From assembly GCA_043809645.1 (NCBI GenBank), contig JBDROX010000003.1:1-58379 (forward strand): a stretch of 58,379 nucleotides of DNA. Reading direction: 5' to 3'. Below are positions 9,257-17,402 of the stretch, piece after piece (positions within the stretch are counted from its first letter, which is position 1; every line of letters starts with the position of its first letter). The notes beneath the pieces are model-generated. The model did no database searches. It was not told the origin of the DNA and saw only the letters and a program-made list of their open reading frames with translations. The stretch comes from Candidatus Magasanikiibacteriota bacterium. GTDB lineage: Bacteria > Patescibacteriota > Patescibacteriia > Magasanikbacterales > UBA922. The position numbers were made by a program, and so were the translations under genes.

Positions 9257-10948
9257 ATGCACAATATTTTTTTACAGATTAGCATCCTCCTCGGTATTAC
9301 AGTGACCATTGCATTCATCATGCGTCTGCTACGCCAACCGATGATGATTGCATACATTATCGCAGGTATTATTTCCGGACCACTCTTCTTCGACCTCCTC
9401 GAAGGGTCAGGCCAGACTTTTGACACGTTCGCGCAGTTCGGTGTCGTATTTCTACTCTTCCTCGTTGGACTGAGTTTGAACTTCACTCATATCAAAAAAA
9501 TTGGAAAGATTGCGCTCATTACAGGTCTTTCTCAATTTATTTTTACAGCAATCTTTGGATACGTTATTTTAATAGCACTTGGCTTTGCTAACACGTCTGC
9601 GCTCTATCTTGCCATTGCTCTAACATTCTCGAGCACCATTGTTATTGTAAAACTTCTTTCTGATAAAAAAGACATGGACTCTGTCTATGGACGATATGTT
9701 CTTGGTATCATGATTGTCCAGGACATAATCGCTATCATCGTCATGATGTTCATTACCACACAGAACGGCGGCGATACACCACTTGCGAAATATCTTGCAA
9801 CACTTACGATCAAACTTCTTGGGCTTGTCACGCTCATATATATCCTTGCTAGGTATGCCCTGCCAAAAATTCTTGATAAGATTGCACACCAATCTGAATT
9901 CCTTTTTATATTCACGATCACCTGGTGTTTTGGTCTCGCAAGCCTACTCCATTGGGCTGGATTTTCTGTAGAGATCGGGGCCATCGTAGCAGGCCTTACT
10001 CTTGGGTCGTCACCATACCAACCAGAAATTAGCAGTCGCATTGTTCCACTGAGAGACTTCTTCATTGTCGTATTCTTCATAATCCTCGGAAGTCAGATGA
10101 GCGTGACGAATATGGATACTCTGCTGATTCCTGCGATAGTTATATCTGCATTCATCCTTATCGGAGATCCACTCGTCCTATTTTTCTCTTTCAGATTTCT
10201 GAAGTTCACCAGAAGAAACAGTTTCCTTGCTGGTGTAACAGCAGCGCAGGTAAGTGAGTTCGGCTTCATTCTTCTGTTTACCGGATACCAATTTGGTCAG
10301 ATCTCTGGAAATGAACTCCAAGTCTTCACCGTCGTTGCGCTCGTGACCATCTTTATCTCATCATACGCCATTACTTACAATGAACAGCTCTATAGAAAGG
10401 TGCTTCCAATATTTAATTTCTTTGGACCAGATAAAAATAAGCAGACAGAAAAAATTGTAAAGCCATACGATGTTTGGCTCTTTGGATACCATCGCATAGG
10501 ATGGAAAATTGGGGAGACACTTGCTCAAAAAAATATTAGTTTTGCAGTCGTAGACTACAATCCAAAAATAATTACACGATTAAAGGATCGGGGCATTCCA
10601 GCTTTCTTTGGAGATGCCGCCGATGTAGAATTCCTCGAATCACTTCCACTAGACAAGACAAAACTCATCATCTCTACACTTCCAGAAGCAGATGATCAGA
10701 TTACGCTGATATCATATCTGAGAAAAAAGAAACAGGGACCGAGAATTATTGCAAATCTCTACCATGGTAGATTCCTCGACGAGGTTTATGCAGCTGGTGC
10801 TGACTATGTTATGATGCCACACCTCTTGGGTGGAAAATGGATTTCCGATATCATAAAAAAGAAATCGTGGACCAAGGATACGTTTACAAAACTAAAGAAA
10901 GACCAGAAGAGCGAGATGACCATGAGATATACAGCTGACACACATTAA
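9257..10948 (+). CDS. CPA2/Kef-family cation:proton antiporter with TrkA-N (RCK) domain
   Basis: About 13 TM segments, FSSTIVIVK, IVQD, QVSEF, then GYHRIG...FFGDA RCK domain. Confidence 0.9.
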   Translation: MHNIFLQISILLGITVTIAFIMRLLRQPMMIAYIIAGIISGPLFFDLLEGSGQTFDTFAQFGVVFLLFLVGLSLNFTHIKKIGKIALITGLSQFIFTAIFGYVILIALGFANTSALYLAIALTFSSTIVIVKLLSDKKDMDSVYGRYVLGIMIVQDIIAIIVMMFITTQNGGDTPLAKYLATLTIKLLGLVTLIYILARYALPKILDKIAHQSEFLFIFTITWCFGLASLLHWAGFSVEIGAIVAGLTLGSSPYQPEISSRIVPLRDFFIVVFFIILGSQMSVTNMDTLLIPAIVISAFILIGDPLVLFFSFRFLKFTRRNSFLAGVTAAQVSEFGFILLFTGYQFGQISGNELQVFTVVALVTIFISSYAITYNEQLYRKVLPIFNFFGPDKNKQTEKIVKPYDVWLFGYHRIGWKIGETLAQKNISFAVVDYNPKIITRLKDRGIPAFFGDAADVEFLESLPLDKTKLIISTLPEADDQITLISYLRKKKQGPRIIANLYHGRFLDEVYAAGADYVMMPHLLGGKWISDIIKKKSWTKDTFTKLKKDQKSEMTMRYTADTH

Positions 10949-10950
10949 TA

Positions 10951-10979
10951 TTGACACTTTTTTTCTTAACTGATATACT
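10951..10979 (+). promoter_or_regulatory. Sigma70-type promoter of the tRNA cluster
   Basis: TTGACA-17-TATACT, 15 nt before tRNA-Ala. Confidence 0.8.
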
Positions 10980-10994
10980 TCTGCGTGCAGAAAT

Positions 10995-11067
10995 GGGCTC
11001 GTAGCTTAGCTGGTAGAGCGCCGCCCTTGCACGGCGGAGGTCAGGAGTTCGATCCTCCTCGGGTCCA
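10995..11067 (+). tRNA. tRNA-Ala(TGC)
   Basis: Cloverleaf; anticodon arm CCGCC-CT TGC AC-GGCGG; G3:U70. Confidence 0.95.
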
Positions 11068-11134
11068 CAAATATTCAATGATGAGCCGATGAATATTTTG
11101 GGTTTTGTCCATTGCTCATTGTTATTTGTTTGGA

Positions 11135-11206
11135 GCCGAGGTAGCTCAGTGGTAGAGCAGAGGACTGAAAATCCTCGTGTCGAGAGTTCAATTCTCTCCC
11201 TCGGCA
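11135..11206 (+). tRNA. tRNA-Phe(GAA)
   Basis: GCCGAGG/CCTCGGC acceptor; GAGGA-CT GAA AA-TCCTC. Confidence 0.95.
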
Positions 11207-11211
11207 CATAG

Positions 11212-11285
11212 CGGAGTGTAGCTCAGTTGGCTAGAGCACCTGGTTTGGGACCAGGGGGTCGAAGGTTCGAGTCCTTTCACTCCGA
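11212..11285 (+). tRNA. tRNA-Pro(TGG)
   Basis: CGGAGTG/CACTCCG acceptor; CCTGG-TT TGG GA-CCAGG. Confidence 0.95.
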
Positions 11286-11356
11286 CAGATAGACCATTTT
11301 GGTCTATTTTTGTATATTGATTTTTCTGTTTAGTTTGAGTATTATGATGGGGTACT

Positions 11357-11430
11357 GCTCACATAGCTCAGTTGGTTAGAGCGCTGCATTCACATTGCAG
11401 AGGTCCCTGGTTCGAATCCTGGTGTGAGTA
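11357..11430 (+). tRNA. tRNA-Val(CAC)
   Basis: GCTCACA/TGTGAGT acceptor; CTGCA-TT CAC AT-TGCAG; one T-stem mismatch. Confidence 0.85.
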
Positions 11431-11454
11431 CTTTTTTCCGTTTTGTAGTGAAGG

Positions 11455-11527
11455 CGGGCTATGGCGCAGTTGGTAGCGCGCGTCGTTCGGGACGACGAGG
11501 CCGGCAGTTCGAGTCTGCCTAGCCCGA
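11455..11527 (+). tRNA. tRNA-Pro(CGG)
   Basis: CGGGCTA/TAGCCCG acceptor; CGTCG-TT CGG GA-CGACG. Confidence 0.95.
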
Positions 11528-11534
11528 CGAAAAC

Positions 11535-11611
11535 GGGCCTGTAGCTCAGTTGGTTAGAGCGCTGCATTCGCATTGCAGAGGTCAGGAGTTCGACTCTCCT
11601 CAGGTCCACCA
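11535..11611 (+). tRNA. tRNA-Ala(CGC), CCA encoded
   Basis: GGGCCTG/CAGGTCC with G3:U70; CTGCA-TT CGC AT-TGCAG. Confidence 0.95.
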
Positions 11612-11660
11612 AACGAAACATTGTCCAACAATATAACAAAATGCTAAAATGTGAATAACT

Positions 11661-11987
11661 ATGGATGTAAAATTCAAATCTGATAAATACCGAAAAAATC
11701 GGGGTGGGTACTCTAGGTTTTTGAACGTTCTTTGCGAACATTGTGGCGCAAAAATCCTTGTTTATCAAAAAGACGGCCCCGGCCCGTTAAAACGTCTTTA
11801 CCTAGATAGAGTTTTTGCGCCAGAAAATTTGGCAAATTTTCAAAAACTTTCTATAAACAAAATTCCAAATTTGGCCTGTTCAAAGTGTAAATCTGTTTTG
11901 GCCGTTCCATATATTTATAAAAAAGAACAACGAAAAGCATATCGCCTTTTTGTTGGTGCGGTTACCAAAAAGATTACAAAAATATGA
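11661..11987 (+). CDS. Small basic zinc-ribbon-like protein
   Basis: CEHC and CSKC pairs; YQKDGPGPLKRLYLDR; ATGA overlap with next gene. Confidence 0.75.
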   Translation: MDVKFKSDKYRKNRGGYSRFLNVLCEHCGAKILVYQKDGPGPLKRLYLDRVFAPENLANFQKLSINKIPNLACSKCKSVLAVPYIYKKEQRKAYRLFVGAVTKKITKI

Positions 11988-12190
11988 ACACCTCTTCCAA
12001 AAAATTAGACCAAAACATGAAGCGTATCAGAGTCAAAAAGAATATGTCGCAAGGAGATATTGCGAGGGCTTTAGAAGTTGATAGGGGTTATATTAGCAAC
12101 ATTGAGAATGGTAAGAAAAATCCCACCCTTGCGACCATTCAAAAGTTGGCTGATGCGCTTAAGGTGTCGGCTGATGAACTATTGAAATGA
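11984..12190 (+). CDS. XRE/Cro-C1 family HTH regulator
   Basis: SQGDIA...RGYISNIENGKKNPTL...LADALKV. Confidence 0.92.
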   Translation: MNTSSKKLDQNMKRIRVKKNMSQGDIARALEVDRGYISNIENGKKNPTLATIQKLADALKVSADELLK

Positions 12191-12744
12191 ACAAAAAAAT
12201 AACAAATTATATTTTTCTTGATGACAAAAATCCGAGTGGAGACATTGCTTTGGTTTTTGGCACATGGAACGCATGGAAAGAGTCCGTTGAAAAAGCGGCC
12301 GAGTTGTATAAAAACGGCTTTGTCCCAAAAATAATTGTGAGTGGAGGAGTCAACCCCACCAACGGAGTTATTGAAGGTGATTTAATGGCAATAGAATTAG
12401 AAAAACTTGGTGTGGCAAAGAAAGATATTTTGATTGAAAATAAATCAACAAATACTTTAGAAAACGTTCTATTTTCAATGGTGGTTATTGATAAAGAATT
12501 AGGATTGCAAAATATCCATATCATTACTGCCGTTGTAAAAAATTATCACGCTCGGAGAGCGTTGATGACTTTGCGAAAACATACGCCTCAAAACATACAG
12601 CTTAAATCTGCGGCTTATGCCGCGGCACATTATCCATTTACTAATGAAAATTGGTATAATACAGAAAATGGAAACAAAAAAGTAATGGAGGAAGTCGAGA
12701 AAATTAAAATATATCTTGCCAAGGGCGATTTAGCAGAATTATAA
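12187..12744 (+). CDS. YdcF/DUF218 family protein
   Basis: IIVSGG, ILIENKSTNTLEN, YHARRA. Confidence 0.88.
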   Translation: MNKKITNYIFLDDKNPSGDIALVFGTWNAWKESVEKAAELYKNGFVPKIIVSGGVNPTNGVIEGDLMAIELEKLGVAKKDILIENKSTNTLENVLFSMVVIDKELGLQNIHIITAVVKNYHARRALMTLRKHTPQNIQLKSAAYAAAHYPFTNENWYNTENGNKKVMEEVEKIKIYLAKGDLAEL

Positions 12745-12748
12745 ATTT

Positions 12749-13351
12749 ATGAGAACAAAAATAGTTTCAATTGATTTTCAAAAAGATTTTACCGCTGAAG
12801 GCGGTATCTGCTACAAACCGCGTCCATCTGTTGATTTTGTGAAAAATACACTCGTTCCGTTTCTTGAAAAGAAAAATCTTAAAATCGCCGAAATTATCTC
12901 TGATTATCGCCAGCCAAGACCAGGCGATAGGGGTGATTGTTGCCACCCCGGGGAATGGGGTTATGAATCGGAAATACCCGAATCAGCGAAAGAAAAAGAT
13001 GTTTGGATAAAATGTATGAACTCGCCACTTTGGGTAAGAGATAATATCGGCGATCCGACAAAACAACCGGGAATACCATACCAAGACCCGAAAAAGTTTA
13101 GTGAGTGGATTGAAAAAGTAATCGGCAAGTCAGAAGACACGGAGGTTGTTTTGGTCGGACTAACTCTCGATTGCTGCGTACTTTGTACCGCACAAGAACT
13201 TAACTTTCGCGGATACAAAGTAAAAATTTTGAAAGAAGCTGTTGATGCTTATTCTGGCGAAGAAACAGAAAAAGAATCGCTTTGCAAAACTCCTGTCGAG
13301 AATTGGGCTGATGTAATAAATTGGGAAGAAGCTCAACGACTTCTTTTATAA
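12749..13351 (+). CDS. Isochorismatase-family cysteine hydrolase
   Basis: IDFQKDF, conserved Lys (WIKC), GLTLDCCV. Confidence 0.88.
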   Translation: MRTKIVSIDFQKDFTAEGGICYKPRPSVDFVKNTLVPFLEKKNLKIAEIISDYRQPRPGDRGDCCHPGEWGYESEIPESAKEKDVWIKCMNSPLWVRDNIGDPTKQPGIPYQDPKKFSEWIEKVIGKSEDTEVVLVGLTLDCCVLCTAQELNFRGYKVKILKEAVDAYSGEETEKESLCKTPVENWADVINWEEAQRLLL

Positions 13352-13385
13352 TTAGCCGCCAATTTTTTCAAAAAAGAAAGCCGAA

Positions 13386-13484
13386 GCCCGCGCGGATTCC
13401 TCCCCAGACCCCTCCTCCGCGCGGGCGAGACCGCATTTCGCACCCCGCCACCATTCCCCCAGAAAAAAGAGGCGGGGTGCGGTC
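13386..13484. repeat. GC-rich double-hairpin element closing the low-GC block
   Basis: GCCCGCGCGGA/TCCGCGCGGGC (13386-13426) and CGCACCCCGCC/GGCGGGGTGCG (13439-13481). Confidence 0.8.
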
Positions 13485-13548
13485 AGGGCTTCTTTTCAAA
13501 AAAGGTTCGCGCAAATGTTAGAATAACACCACAAGATATTGTGTATTA

Positions 13549-13584
13549 GAAAAGCCACTCTTATTCAGAGAGTGGCTTTTCTTT
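13549..13584. terminator. Bidirectional intrinsic terminator
   Basis: GAAAAGCCACTCT / AGAGTGGCTTTTC stem between convergent genes. Confidence 0.75.
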
Positions 13585-13699
13585 GCCATACATTGGGGCT
13601 AAATAAAGTTTTTATCCCCACGGTCGAGAATTAACCCGACAGTAGGAGTATTATACATAAGTATTATATATTTGTCTAGAGGCGTGGATAACTTAGTAA

Positions 13700-14521
13700 C
13701 TACTTGAGAGTGTCCTCAGGAGTTAGCAATTCCTTTTCCCCAACCTCGTCATCAATTTCACTTACATCCTTTTTCTCATTTATAGCCCTCCTCACATCAT
13801 CAATTTTAACCTCTTCCCGAGCACGGGATACTGCCGCGAGCAGATTCTTTGCCCATTTTTTATATTGACCAGATGCAAACTCTGTAGAATTTGGAACATC
13901 TATCATATTAATAGCTTCCACAAGCTCTATTTCAGTAAAACTCTCGCCACCAATAGTGACTATCTTTTCCCCCACTGAAGAATCCGCTCTTTTTATTTTT
14001 TGGTCATGAGCATGTTCCTTGTGATACTCTTCATGTTCCTTTACAAAAGTTACCCGTTCTTTTGCTTCATCAATTTTGCTAGGGTCATAAATACGTAGGG
14101 TATTTGGAGATATAGCAACCTTACCTTTTTCATAAATTCCTCCAACCTCGCCCTCCCCCGCTGTATCCATTTTTATTAGATCCCCTCGAATTTTTAAATT
14201 ATTCAGGTCTGGCTGCACTTTATTGCAGTAACGTTTTACTTCGCTAATACCCTTCTCATCTACTAATTCAGGAGAGGAATTTTTTAGCTCTTCGGCCAAA
14301 GCCATAACTATCTTGGTGAACTCCTTACCAGGAACTTCTTTTTCACGTTCTATCGCAAAACAAGCAAGGGATATTATTTGCTGTGCCTGCTCCCCTGGCT
14401 CAAACCTACTCTCTTGTCCCTCTTCATCCTCCCTTTTTACCTTATAGGAATTTTCCTTCTGTTGCCCGGATTTAGAACTAACTCTTTCTTTTGCAGAAGA
14501 ATAATACTGTTCTGTTTCCAT
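13700..14521 (-). CDS. Hypothetical protein with HExxH motif (possible zincin-like)
   Basis: 273-aa ORF; KEHEEYHK plus downstream Glu-containing helix. Confidence 0.7.
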   Translation of the reverse strand: METEQYYSSAKERVSSKSGQQKENSYKVKREDEEGQESRFEPGEQAQQIISLACFAIEREKEVPGKEFTKIVMALAEELKNSSPELVDEKGISEVKRYCNKVQPDLNNLKIRGDLIKMDTAGEGEVGGIYEKGKVAISPNTLRIYDPSKIDEAKERVTFVKEHEEYHKEHAHDQKIKRADSSVGEKIVTIGGESFTEIELVEAINMIDVPNSTEFASGQYKKWAKNLLAAVSRAREEVKIDDVRRAINEKKDVSEIDDEVGEKELLTPEDTLK

Positions 14522-14596
14522 ACATTTTTATATTAAGAAAAGTAAACTGAGTATACCCTATTCAAAAAAAATACTGCAAGAACTGCAGTATTTCTG

Positions 14597-14669
14597 AGCG
14601 GTAGACCAGATTCGAACTGGCGACCTCTTCCTTGGCAAGGAAGCGTTCTACCAACTGAACTACTACCGC
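14597..14669 (-). tRNA. tRNA-Gly(GCC)
   Basis: Reverse complement GCGGTAG...CTTCC-TT GCC AA-GGAAG...CTACCGCT. Confidence 0.95.
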
Positions 14670-14676
14670 GCCCTAG

Positions 14677-14750
14677 TTGCGGGGGCCGGATTTGAACCGG
14701 CGACCTTCGGGTTATGAGCCCGACGAGCTTCCAGACTGCTCTACCCCGCG
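14677..14750 (-). tRNA. Initiator tRNA-fMet(CAT)
   Basis: C1-A72 mismatch, three G-C pairs in the anticodon stem, CAT anticodon. Confidence 0.95.
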
Positions 14751-14806
14751 ATATGAATTGTGTCTGAGTCGGAGTATACGTGACTCACAGGAATAATTCA
14801 ACCCTG

Positions 14807-14878
14807 AGCGGATGACCGGAATCGAACCGGCATCATCGGCTTGGAAGGCCGAGATAATAACCATTATACGACATCCGC
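14807..14878 (-). tRNA. tRNA-Gly(TCC)
   Basis: Reverse complement GCGGATG...TCGGC-CT TCC AA-GCCGA...CATCCGCT. Confidence 0.93.
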
Positions 14879-14894
14879 ATTTTTTCAGGCCTCT

Positions 14895-14923
14895 ATAGTA
14901 CTAATTTCCCTGCTTTTTGTCAA
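14895..14923 (-). promoter_or_regulatory. Promoter of the Gly-fMet-Gly tRNA cluster
   Basis: TTGACA-17-TACTAT on the minus strand. Confidence 0.75.
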
Positions 14924-15020
14924 TAGAATTAGCATTTGACGCGCCAAGACAAACATAATCTCAAGCTTGCAAAATTAGATTTCTGCGCGTAGTATACCAA
15001 ATAATCTTACCCAAGAACAT

Positions 15021-16022
15021 GTGAACCACATTACACATATTCAAGACAACAAAGAACACCTTGACGCTCGCTTTGAAATTATAAAAAAAGTGAGAGAGTT
15101 CTTTTGGTCGGAGAAATTTATAGAAGTTGAAACACCAAATATACTCCGCCTACCAGGCCAAGAACCATATTTGAACCCAATAAATCTGTTAGTACGCGAT
15201 GAAATGAACAATGAACACACTGCGTACCTGCACACATCCCCAGAATATACGATGAAAAAAATGATTGCATCAGGATATAAAAATATTTTTTCAGTGTGCA
15301 AGTGTTACAGAGACTGTGAAAGCTTTGGTGGCCATCACAATCCAGAGTTCACAATGATTGAATGGTATAGAACAGGAGTGAATATGAATAAGATAATGGA
15401 GGATATTGAGGATTTATTTGATTTTCTCGCAGGAAATATTAATTTACAAAAATTTCAAATTTCAAATTTCAAATTTCAAAAAATTTCAATGAGGAAACTC
15501 TGGCTAGACGAACTGAGGGTTAATCTAGATGAACACTTGGACCAGACAAGCATGCTCAGACTATGTAAGGAAAAAGGATATAGCCCAGATGATACCGAAC
15601 CATACGAAGACCTCTTCTTTAGGATCTTTCTCAATGACATTGAGCCAAAGATAAAAGGAAGGAATCTTATTATCCACCAGTACCCAGCACAGATGGCAGC
15701 GCTTGCGAAGCTGTCAAATGAAGACGAGAGGTATGCTGAACGGTTTGAGGTTTATGTGGATGGAATTGAGATTGCAAATGCATTCACAGAACTCACTGAC
15801 GCAGATGAACAGAGAAAACGACTTGAGGAAGAACAGGAACGAAGAAAAAAGCTTGGAAAAGATATTTTTGGTATTGATGAAGAATTTCTACGTGCTGTAG
15901 GCCAACTACCCTCATGTGCGGGCATTGCCCTTGGTATTGACCGACTTGTAATGGCACTCACTGGTTGTCAAAACATCAATGACGTGTTAGTCTTACCAGC
16001 GAACAAACTCTTTGGGACATAA
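15021..16022 (+). CDS. epmA: EF-P lysine aminoacylase (EpmA/GenX/PoxA)
   Basis: LysRS-like catalytic domain without anticodon domain: FIEVETP, YLHTSPEYTMKK, HNPEFTMIEWYR, EIANAFTEL, GIALGIDRL; adjacent to efp. Confidence 0.95.
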   Translation: MNHITHIQDNKEHLDARFEIIKKVREFFWSEKFIEVETPNILRLPGQEPYLNPINLLVRDEMNNEHTAYLHTSPEYTMKKMIASGYKNIFSVCKCYRDCESFGGHHNPEFTMIEWYRTGVNMNKIMEDIEDLFDFLAGNINLQKFQISNFKFQKISMRKLWLDELRVNLDEHLDQTSMLRLCKEKGYSPDDTEPYEDLFFRIFLNDIEPKIKGRNLIIHQYPAQMAALAKLSNEDERYAERFEVYVDGIEIANAFTELTDADEQRKRLEEEQERRKKLGKDIFGIDEEFLRAVGQLPSCAGIALGIDRLVMALTGCQNINDVLVLPANKLFGT

Positions 16023-16070
16023 AAACTCGTGTTTATATGTTCTCGTGTTTATATATTTAAATAAATTTTT

Positions 16071-16637
16071 ATGGGAGAAACAACTGATATTAAAAAAGGT
16101 GCTGTCATTAGACACAGCGGTGGCCTCTATGTGGTCACGACATTTCAATTTGTGAATCCTGGAAAAGGATGCGCCTTCACAAAAACCAAAATGAAGAGTA
16201 TTTCATCTGGTAAAACAATAGAAATTACATACAAGACTGGAGAAAATATTGACACAGTCCAGGTAACAAAGCAGACCATGCAGTTTCTTTACAAGACTGG
16301 CGACAAATATTCTTTCATGGATAAAGAATCCTATGAAACACTCGAAGTGAATGACGATGTCATTGGAGATGATGGAAAATATCTGAAAGATGGCCTAGAC
16401 GTCATTGCATCACTTCACGAAGGAACCATAGTTGCAATCGAGCTTCCAAAGAAAATCAAATACACAGTCAAAACTGCACCTCCAGCAGTAAGAGGCGACA
16501 CAGCAAGTGGCAATGTGACAAAAGAAATCATTCTTGACAACGACCTCGTCTTATATGCACCGATCTTTATCAAAGAAGGAGATGAAATCCTCGTAAATCC
16601 AGAAAAGGGAGAATATAGTGGAAGGGTTTCAGAATAA
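16071..16637 (+). CDS. efp: Elongation factor P
   Basis: VNPGKG loop, RGDTA, PIFIKEGD. Confidence 0.97.
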   Translation: MGETTDIKKGAVIRHSGGLYVVTTFQFVNPGKGCAFTKTKMKSISSGKTIEITYKTGENIDTVQVTKQTMQFLYKTGDKYSFMDKESYETLEVNDDVIGDDGKYLKDGLDVIASLHEGTIVAIELPKKIKYTVKTAPPAVRGDTASGNVTKEIILDNDLVLYAPIFIKEGDEILVNPEKGEYSGRVSE

Positions 16638-16645
16638 TTGAAGAT

Positions 16646-16673
16646 AAAAAACCGCTAGATGGCGGTTTTTTTG
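16646..16673 (+). terminator. Intrinsic terminator after efp
   Basis: AAAAACCGC-TAGATG-GCGGTTTTTTT. Confidence 0.8.
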
Positions 16674-16707
16674 TTTTTCTTATTGTCCGTGTTACAATAA
16701 TGAGACT

Positions 16708-17361
16708 ATGAAGAAATTCCTAAAATACACTGCGTACACACTCCTCCTTTTCGCTTTTTTGGCAGGGGGCACTTCACTGACTATTCCATTTCGAAACAAG
16801 GAACTTCGGTTCAAAAATGTTGATGGCATAGAAAAAAAACAGACCGCTCTCATACTTGGCGCAATGGTCTTTGCAAATGGGAACCTAAGTGATATCACAA
16901 AGGACCGTGCGCTCACAGCAATAGAACTGTATGAAAAACAAAAAACGGAGTACATCCTCATCAGCGGAGACCACGGAAGAGAAAACTATGATGAGGTAAA
17001 CACAATTAAAGATTTTTTGATTGAAAACAATGTTCCAAAAAATATCATTTTTCTTGATCATGCCGGCTTTGATACATACGACAGCATGTATCGCGCAAAA
17101 AAGATTTTTGAAGTTGAAAACATGATTATCATTACACAACAGTTCCATATTCCACGTGCGCTCTATATTGGAAAAAATCTTGATATGGATATTGTCGCAG
17201 TTGTATCAGATAAACAGCAGTACAGAGGAATGAAACGCGTCTGGCTCCGCGAACGCCTCGCAACCATAAAAGCAGTACTCAATGTCTGGTTTCACACCAA
17301 GCCAAAGTTCCTGGGAGAAACAATCCCAATTACCGGAGATAACAAAGCAAGTTGGGATTAA
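16708..17361 (+). CDS. SanA/ElyC (DUF218) family membrane protein
   Basis: N-terminal TM; ILISGD, YDEV, DHAGFDTYDSMYRA, TQQFHIPRA. Confidence 0.9.
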   Translation: MKKFLKYTAYTLLLFAFLAGGTSLTIPFRNKELRFKNVDGIEKKQTALILGAMVFANGNLSDITKDRALTAIELYEKQKTEYILISGDHGRENYDEVNTIKDFLIENNVPKNIIFLDHAGFDTYDSMYRAKKIFEVENMIIITQQFHIPRALYIGKNLDMDIVAVVSDKQQYRGMKRVWLRERLATIKAVLNVWFHTKPKFLGETIPITGDNKASWD

Positions 17362-17402
17362 AAATATCCACCATAATGGTGGATATTTTTTTGTTATTCT
17401 CA

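Noticed and set aside
10884-11768. Minus-strand ORFs 10884-11207 and 11376-11768
   Set aside because: Antisense shadows of the tRNA cluster.
13321-13521. 66-aa Pro/Arg-rich ORF
   Set aside because: Translation of the GC-rich double hairpin.
11535-14600. Integrative element with att repeats at tRNA-Ala(CGC)
   Set aside because: No duplicated tRNA 3' end or integrase found by eye; likewise for tRNA-Cys and tRNA-Arg.
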